Assembly (NCBI GenBank): GCA_963745235.1
Contig: CAVUXE010000086.1
Span: 1-12,400, forward strand
Length of the DNA stretch: 12,400 nucleotides
Direction: 5' to 3'
DNA from: an uncultured Spirochaetota bacterium
Lineage (GTDB): Bacteria > Spirochaetota > Spirochaetia > SZUA-6 > Fen-1364
The notes under the pieces were generated by a model that saw nothing but the letters and a program-made list of their open reading frames with translations, had not been told where the DNA came from and made no database searches. Below, piece after piece: positions 6,549-12,400 of this stretch. Position numbers and translations under genes: made by a program. How positions within the stretch are numbered: position 1 is the first letter of the stretch; each line of letters begins with the position of its first letter.

Positions 6549-8661
6549 GTGGACAGAAAGGTACGCATAGTCTGCCTCGTTCTGGCTCTGTGCGTTGCGA
6601 GCAGCGCGGGGGCGCAGGGTCAGACGCGCAACGCGGAGCTGTGGTGGTCTTTCTCCCCAGGAGCAGCCCTGCCCCTTGGTCTGAACTCGACATACTTCTC
6701 CCCAGGGGCGGCCCTGGAGGCTTCTGCCGAGTACCTGCCCCCCTCTCTTGGCGGACTCTCATTCCTTTTCGGCCTGACCTTCGGCTACGTTCCGGTTTCA
6801 CTGAGCGGGGTCGGAGGTCTCCTCGAGGCGGCGCCATCCATCGGGGCTGCTTTTCAGGCGCCTCTTCCCGTTTTTCAGGGACTGTCGGGGCGGCTTTTCA
6901 CTGATATCGGCTATTCCTATGTCGGGTTTCTCGAGCACGTCAGCAATTCCTATCTCTGGTACGGAGGAGACGCCTTTGCGGAAGCCGGCGCAGGCCTCTC
7001 CTATTCGATCACTCCGGCCTTCGCCCTCCGGCTCAACGCATCGTATGTCTACTTCTACCAGCTCTATGGAAGCCTGAACCTCACTCTTGGCGTTGCATTC
7101 ACGACATCCCGGCAACCGCCTGGTGCGGCGCCAGGACCCACACGGCCACGGCTTCTGGACATCAGCCAGGTCAAGCTGGGAAGCGTCTTCCCGGTCTTTC
7201 ACGCATTCTACGACGATCATTCGGTTGGAACCGCCGTTGTGAAGAATACGAGCGCAAAGGACCTGAGCGACATACGGGTGAGCTTCATCATCAGGCAATA
7301 TATGGATGGTCCCAAGGAGTGCGCAACAATCCCGCGGCTTGCCCCCGGAGAATCGCAGGACGTCAAGCTGTATGCGCTTTTCAGCAGCACCATCCTCGAA
7401 GTGACCGAGCCGACAAAAGTGACAGCGGAGATCGACGCCTCGTTCAAGGCCAACGACGGCTCGCAGGACCAGACCGCTGAGACCGCGTCCGTGCGAGTGT
7501 ATGATCGAAACGCCATGACCTGGGACGATGACCGCAAGGCGGCGGCCTTCGTGTCGCCGAAGGACCCGTGGGTCCTGGAGCTTTCCAACAACGCGACTGC
7601 CATGATCAAGGACCTACGAAACCCCGGGGGTCGCCGCGAACCTTCAGACGGCCATCGCGTTCCATGATGCCCTTCGCGTCTATGGCCTGGCATACTCGCC
7701 GAATCCGAGCACGCCCTACTCCTTCACTTCCACCCATCCAGAAGTCGTGGATTTCCTCAAGTTCCCCCGGCAGACCCTGGTCTACCGGGCCGGCGATTGC
7801 TCGGACCTTTCGATCCTGTACGCGTCCCTGTTCGAGTCAGTCGGAGTGGAGACGGCTTTCATCACGGTGCCGGGCCACATCTTCATGGCCGTCAGCCTGG
7901 ACATGCCGCCGGCGGAGGCAAAGGAAAAGTTTGCCGGCTCCGAGGACCTGATCTTCCATGACGGCAAGACGTGGCTGCCCATTGAGACAACCATACGGGA
8001 CAAGGGGCTGCTCGATGCATGGCGCGAGGCGGCCCGTGAATGGCGTGAGGGACTCGCGGACCAGAGCGCGGCTTTCTATCCCGTCCACGACGCGTGGAAG
8101 ACGTATCAGCCGGTTGGCCTGGCGGCTGACGCGACATCCCCCACCATTCCCGCTTCTGACCTGGTCACCCTGGCCTTCAGCGCGGAGCTGAAGCACCGCG
8201 TGGATGACGAGCTGGCTTATGCTGTCGCTCCTTTGAACCAGGCGATCCAGAGCGCGCCGTCCCCCAGGGCCTTCAACAGCAGGGGTGTCGCGTACGCAAA
8301 GTACGGCCGGCTGGAACCGGCGGAGAGCGACTTCAAGGCCGCACTCGCTGCGAAGGCCGACTATGTGTCCGCTCTCATCAACCTCGGCAACCTCGCCATC
8401 CTGCGCGCGGATGACCAGTCCGCGTACGAGTATTACAGCCGCGCGGTCAAGGCATCACCCGAGAACCCGCACGCGCTTCTCGCCTTGTCAAGAACGGCGG
8501 AGGCGTTGGGCAAGAGCGACGAGGCGGGGTTGGCATATGCGAATGCAAAGAAGATAGATCCGCAACTGGCTGAGCGTTCGGGGGCGCCCGGTGCGGAAGG
8601 CGCCGGCGGGACCCGCGCCTCGGCGCAGGGTGCGCATGCAGTGGAGTGGCAAGAAGAATGA
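6549..8661 (+). CDS. Secreted multidomain protein: outer-membrane beta-barrel + Ig/CARDB-like + transglutaminase-like + TPR. One gene split by a +1 frameshift at ~7626-7630 (~703 aa if corrected)
   Basis: Signal peptide MDRKVRIVCLVLALCVASSAGA. Amphipathic Gly/aromatic strands at ~6630-7100 end in LGVAF, followed by a Pro-rich linker and an Ig-like region (VKNTS...LAPGES). Removing one G from GGGGG (7626-7630) gives NPGVAANLQTAIAFHDALRVYG, continuous with the 7747 ORF. Then GDCSD, PGHIF and WLPIETT, and three TPR-like repeats at ~8260-8565. Confidence 0.82.
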
Positions 8662-9761
8662 TGACCAGGCGATGGGCTTTTGCGGGAGTTGCGGCGGCGA
8701 CCGTCCTCATGCTCGCCGGCTGCTACGGCGGCTGGATTTTCGGCATTGTCGAGAGCTTCGGTACGCAGAACGGGCCGAAGATCAGCACGGTGGCGGGGAA
8801 CGGGACCGCTGGGTTTGCGGGAGACAACGGACCCGCGACCTCCGCTGAGCTGAATCAGCCAAACGGCGTCGCTTTCGATTCCCTGGGGAACATGTACATC
8901 GCTGACACAAACAACGCCGTGATCCGGAAGGTCGATACGAGCGGCGTCATCACGACGGTGGCGGGTACTCCAGACGGTCCCGGTCTTCCACCTACCAACT
9001 TCAATAATCCTTTAAGCATCGTTGTTGATGCATCCGACAAGATCTATATAGCCGACAGCGCGAACGATGTGATCAGTGAGTTAACCGTCCGGGAACAGTA
9101 GCAACCGTCGCGGGTACGCCCGGAAGCCATGGCTACGCCACGACCCATTTCAATCTGCCGACCGGCGTGGCTGTTTTTGGGACCACCGTCTACATCGCGG
9201 ACTTCAATAACACTTCAGTCCGTCAGGCTCCCTCCGCGGGAGGGGGGCCTATCAGCCCCTTTGCCGGAAATGGCACCCAGGGCTACTCCGGCGACGGTGG
9301 GCTGGCCGTGAACGCGGAGCTCAACTACCCCTACGGCGTCGCGGTTGATTCAGCAGGCAACGTCTATATCGCTGACACCACGAATGCAGTCATCCGAAAG
9401 GTCACCACGGGCGGCTGACATATCCACAATCGCCGGGAACGGCACAACAGGCTACTCAGGGGACGGCGGGCCTGCAACCTCTGCGTCCATCAACCTGCCC
9501 ACGGACCTTGCAGTGGATGCCGCGGGCAACCTCTACATCGCGGATCGCAACAACGGGGTGATCCGGAAGGTTGATGCGAGCGGCAACATCAACACGGTGG
9601 CCGGCAACTGGCGCCTGGGGAACGGCTACGCGGGAGACGGCGGCGTGGCGACAGCCGCCATGCTCAACCTGCCGTGGGGCATCGCGTTCGACCCGCAGGG
9701 CAACCTCTACATCGCCGACACGCACAACAACCGCATCCGAAAAGTCAGCCTGGGAAAGTAG
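8658..9761 (+). CDS. NHL-repeat (six-bladed beta-propeller) lipoprotein. One gene split by two frameshifts (~9085-9092 and ~9416; ~367 aa if corrected)
   Basis: ATG overlaps the upstream TGA (ATGA 8658-8661). Lipobox LAG-C with Cys22 at 8721-8723. Six repeats of ISTVAG...LNxPxGVAxDxxGNxYIADxxNxxIRKV are spread 2+2+2 over three ORF pieces. Confidence 0.88.
8779..9747 (+). repeat. Six coding NHL repeat units
   Basis: YIAD recurs six times in the joined translation. DNA-level echoes include GTGATCCGGAAGG at 8919 and 9558. Confidence 0.85.
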
Positions 9762-9849
9762 ACGCTCTCAACCCGAAACAAGGCCGCTTTGACCCCACTG
9801 GCAGCTTGTCCGCGCCCGGTAGTACATTCTGTGCAAGAGGGAAAAGAAC

Positions 9850-10872
9850 ATGCCAGTGACAATGACAAAGGGTAAGTTTGCCGGCATCAATGCGTGCGCA
9901 AATGACAAGGGCGTGATTGCCGCCGCTGCCATGGACCAGCGGGGCTCGCTGGAGAAGGCCATCGGAAAGGCGCGTGGATCCGCCGCTTCTCCCGAGGACC
10001 TTGTGAAGTTCAAGGTGGCCGTCTCCCGCATACTCACGAAGCACGCAAGCGCCATCCTGCTGGACCCCGAGTTCGGCCTTGAGGCTTTGAAGGCGCGGGC
10101 CCCCGGCAGCGGCGTTCTCCTGGCATACGAGAAGACCGGCTATGACACGAAGGATGACAGCCGGCTTCCCGACCTGCTTCCCGAGTGGAGCGTGCACCGC
10201 CTCGTTGCCGCGGGCGCCAATGTCATCAAGATCCTGCTCTACTACAACCCGACGCATCCCGAGCGGATCAACGTCATCAAGCACGCTTTCATCGAACGTG
10301 TCGGCGCCGAATGCGCGGCGAACGACGTTGCGTTCTTCCTCGAGCTGATCTGCTACAACGACGCCGTTGGGGACGCAAAAGGACTGGAGTTCGCCAAGGC
10401 AAAGCCTGGCTATGTCCGCGCCTACATGGAGGAGTTCTCAAAGCCTCAATACAAGGTGGATGTTCTCAAAGTGGAGGTCCCCGTCAACATGGCGTACGTT
10501 GAGGGCACGGCCACGTTCGGCGGCCAGAAGGCGTACAGCAGGAAAGAAGCCATGAAGCTCTTCCAGGAAGCCGCCACGGCTTCAAAGCTGCCGTTCATCT
10601 ACCTCAGCGCGGGAGTCACTGACGATGTCTTTCGTGAGACCCTCGAGCTGGCCGCGGAAGCCGGCACCCCGTTCTCAGGGGTGCTGTGCGGGCGCGCCAC
10701 GTGGCAGGATGGGATCCCCGTCTACGCCAGCCGCGGTCTGGACGCGCTCACGGAATGGCTTGAGGACCGGGGGGTGAAGAACATCAAGGCCCTCAACAAG
10801 ATACTGGAGAAGGGGGCCAAGCCATGGTGGGACTTCTACGGGGGCAAGGGCAAAGTCAACGTGGCGGGATAG
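9850..10872 (+). CDS. lacD: Tagatose-1,6-bisphosphate aldolase (class I, LacD family), 340 aa
   Basis: AAAMDQRGSL, ASAILLDPEFG, LLAYEKTGYD, RLPDLL, KILLYY, AFIERVGAEC, VDVLKVEVPVNM (Schiff-base Lys), LPFIYLSAGV, FSGVLCGRATW. Confidence 0.95.
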   Translation: MPVTMTKGKFAGINACANDKGVIAAAAMDQRGSLEKAIGKARGSAASPEDLVKFKVAVSRILTKHASAILLDPEFGLEALKARAPGSGVLLAYEKTGYDTKDDSRLPDLLPEWSVHRLVAAGANVIKILLYYNPTHPERINVIKHAFIERVGAECAANDVAFFLELICYNDAVGDAKGLEFAKAKPGYVRAYMEEFSKPQYKVDVLKVEVPVNMAYVEGTATFGGQKAYSRKEAMKLFQEAATASKLPFIYLSAGVTDDVFRETLELAAEAGTPFSGVLCGRATWQDGIPVYASRGLDALTEWLEDRGVKNIKALNKILEKGAKPWWDFYGGKGKVNVAG

Positions 10873-10891
10873 TGGCAAAGGGAGCCGGAAC

Positions 10892-11867
10892 GTGAAGGGC
10901 GCCAGCGCCGGCATTCATCACATCACCGCCATTGCCCGGGGATCCGCAGAAGAACCTTGACTTCTATGTCGGGGTCCTCGGGCTCCGCCTGGTCAAGAAG
11001 ACAGTCAACTACGATGACCCGGAAACCTATCACTTCTATTTCGGAGACAGCGGGGGGGCGCCCGGCACCATCCTGACCTTCTTCCCCTGGACCACCTCCG
11101 GTCTCAAGGGACACCCCGGCGACGCACAAGTGACCGGCATCGCTTTCTCGGTTCCCTCGGGCGCCCTCGGTTTCTGGAAAAAGAGGCTGGAGCTGTTCCA
11201 CGTGGAGCTGTCCGGGCAGAAGGAAAGCCGTGATGTGGCGCGGATTGGCTTCCACGATCCAGACGGACTTGGGCTGGAGCTGGTGGACTCAGGGGACGAG
11301 CCGTCCGAGGCGGCCTGGCCACGGCGTGTCCCTCTTCATTGTGCCATTCGAGGCTTCTTTTCCGCCACCTTGAGCGTCGCGAAGCCGGAGACGACGGCGG
11401 GCTTTCTCAGCTCCGTCCTGGGTCTGCGGCCCGCCGGAGACCATGGCGGCCGGCTGTGGCTGTCCGCGGGGGACGGCGTCGGGGCCATTGCGGAAGTGGT
11501 GAACGACCCCGCAAAGCGCCCCGGGCGCATGGGAGTGGGCGCCGTGCATCATATCGCCTGGCGCGCTCAGGACGACGCGGAGCAGCGGGACATGCGGAGC
11601 GCTGTCATCGCCACGGGGAGGCCTGTCACCCCGGTCATCGACAGAATGTACTTCCATTCCGTCTACTTTCACGAGCCGAATGGAATCCTCTTCGAGATTG
11701 CCACGGATCCACCGGGGTTCACCAGAGATGAGGCTGCTGATTCCCTGGGCCAGCGTCTGAAGCTTCCCCCCTGGCTGGAACGCCTGCGCCCGGCCCTGGA
11801 GAAGGCTCTCCCGCCCGTGAGCGCGGAGCATGCCGTGGAGACCTGGGAAACGTGGACGCAGGCTTGA
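10892..11867 (+). CDS. Ring-cleaving dioxygenase / glyoxalase (VOC superfamily, MhqO/MhqA-like). True start GTG 10892, +1 frameshift at ~10935-10937 (~324 aa if corrected)
   Basis: GTG 10892 (GGGAG RBS upstream) reads MKGASAGIHHITAIA. Removing one C joins it to GDPQKNLDFY...LGLRLVKKTVNYDDP.TYHFYFG, GAVHHIAWR, VIDRMYFHSVYFHEPNGILFEIATDPPGF and LKLPPWLE. Confidence 0.92.
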
Positions 11868-11892
11868 TGGGCCGAACGGGAGGCTCGGGACC

Positions 11893-12399
11893 CTAGTCCG
11901 GTGCTGCGGCATCCGAGATCGGAAAGCCGTTTTCGCTCGCTGCCTTCGAGTACCAGCGCCCCGAGTCCTTCACGGTGCGCTTCTGGCTCGCGTAGTCCAC
12001 GTGCGTGATGCCGAAGCGCTTCGTGAACCCGAACCCCCACTCGAAATTGTCCATGAAAGACCAGAGGAAGTACCCACGCACGTTTGCGCCGTCAGCAATT
12101 GCCTGGTGGATTGCCGCCGTGTGGCGGGCGACATACGTGAGGCGTACCGCGTCGTGGAACGCTCCATCCGGGCCCGGGGCATCCGGCAGGGAGGTGCCGT
12201 TCTCCGTGACGTACAGGGAGGCCGGCTTGTATTCGCGAGCCACTCGCAGCAGCGTGCGATACAGCCCCTCCGGCGCCATCTCCCATTCCTCGAAGTCGGC
12301 GCGGGGGGTGAACGGCCAGTGGACCTGGCGCGCCGCCAGGACGCTGCGGCCTTGCGTGCCCCGGCCCGCCGGGTCGTGGGCCATGATCCGGCGGGTGTA
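11893..12399 (-). CDS. GH1 beta-glucosidase, C-terminal part; 5' end lies outside the window
   Basis: The frame is open to the window edge (YTRRIM...). It contains the nucleophile motif YVTENG, then D..RLTY, GYFLWSFMDNFEW, KRFGITHVDY and RTVKDSGRWY. Confidence 0.95.
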   Translation of the reverse strand, partial: YTRRIMAHDPAGRGTQGRSVLAARQVHWPFTPRADFEEWEMAPEGLYRTLLRVAREYKPASLYVTENGTSLPDAPGPDGAFHDAVRLTYVARHTAAIHQAIADGANVRGYFLWSFMDNFEWGFGFTKRFGITHVDYASQKRTVKDSGRWYSKAASENGFPISDAAAPD

Positions 12400-12400
12400 G

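Noticed and set aside
11868-11893. Possible bidirectional terminator between the convergent dioxygenase and GH1 genes
   Set aside because: Only an imperfect GGGCCGA/TCGGGACCC stem, with no U-tract on either strand.

Overview
GC-rich bacterial chromosomal window. The gene style tentatively suggests a free-living spirochaete or similar diderm (inference only). Left to right: the 3' end of an AcrB-family RND permease; two eroded minus-strand fragments (an Asp-box/BNR-like propeller motif and a RibD_C/DHFR-like C-terminal half); an intact GH127/GH146 beta-L-arabinofuranosidase-family gene; an intact acyltransferase-3 gene; a ~1 kb run of decayed DNA (orphan gene start, truncated IS5-family element, pseudogenised RelB/RelE-type toxin-antitoxin pair, GH88/GH105-like fragment); a translationally coupled two-gene envelope operon; lacD plus a MhqO-type ring-cleaving dioxygenase; and the convergent 3' end of a GH1 beta-glucosidase. 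The envelope operon is the best candidate for an undescribed system. It encodes a signal peptide + beta-barrel + Ig-like + transglutaminase-like Cys-His-Glu + TPR protein and a six-bladed NHL-repeat lipoprotein, with a direct-repeat pair upstream of its promoter. Four net single-base frameshifts in otherwise clean genes may be sequencing indels. No rRNA, tRNA or CRISPR array was seen.
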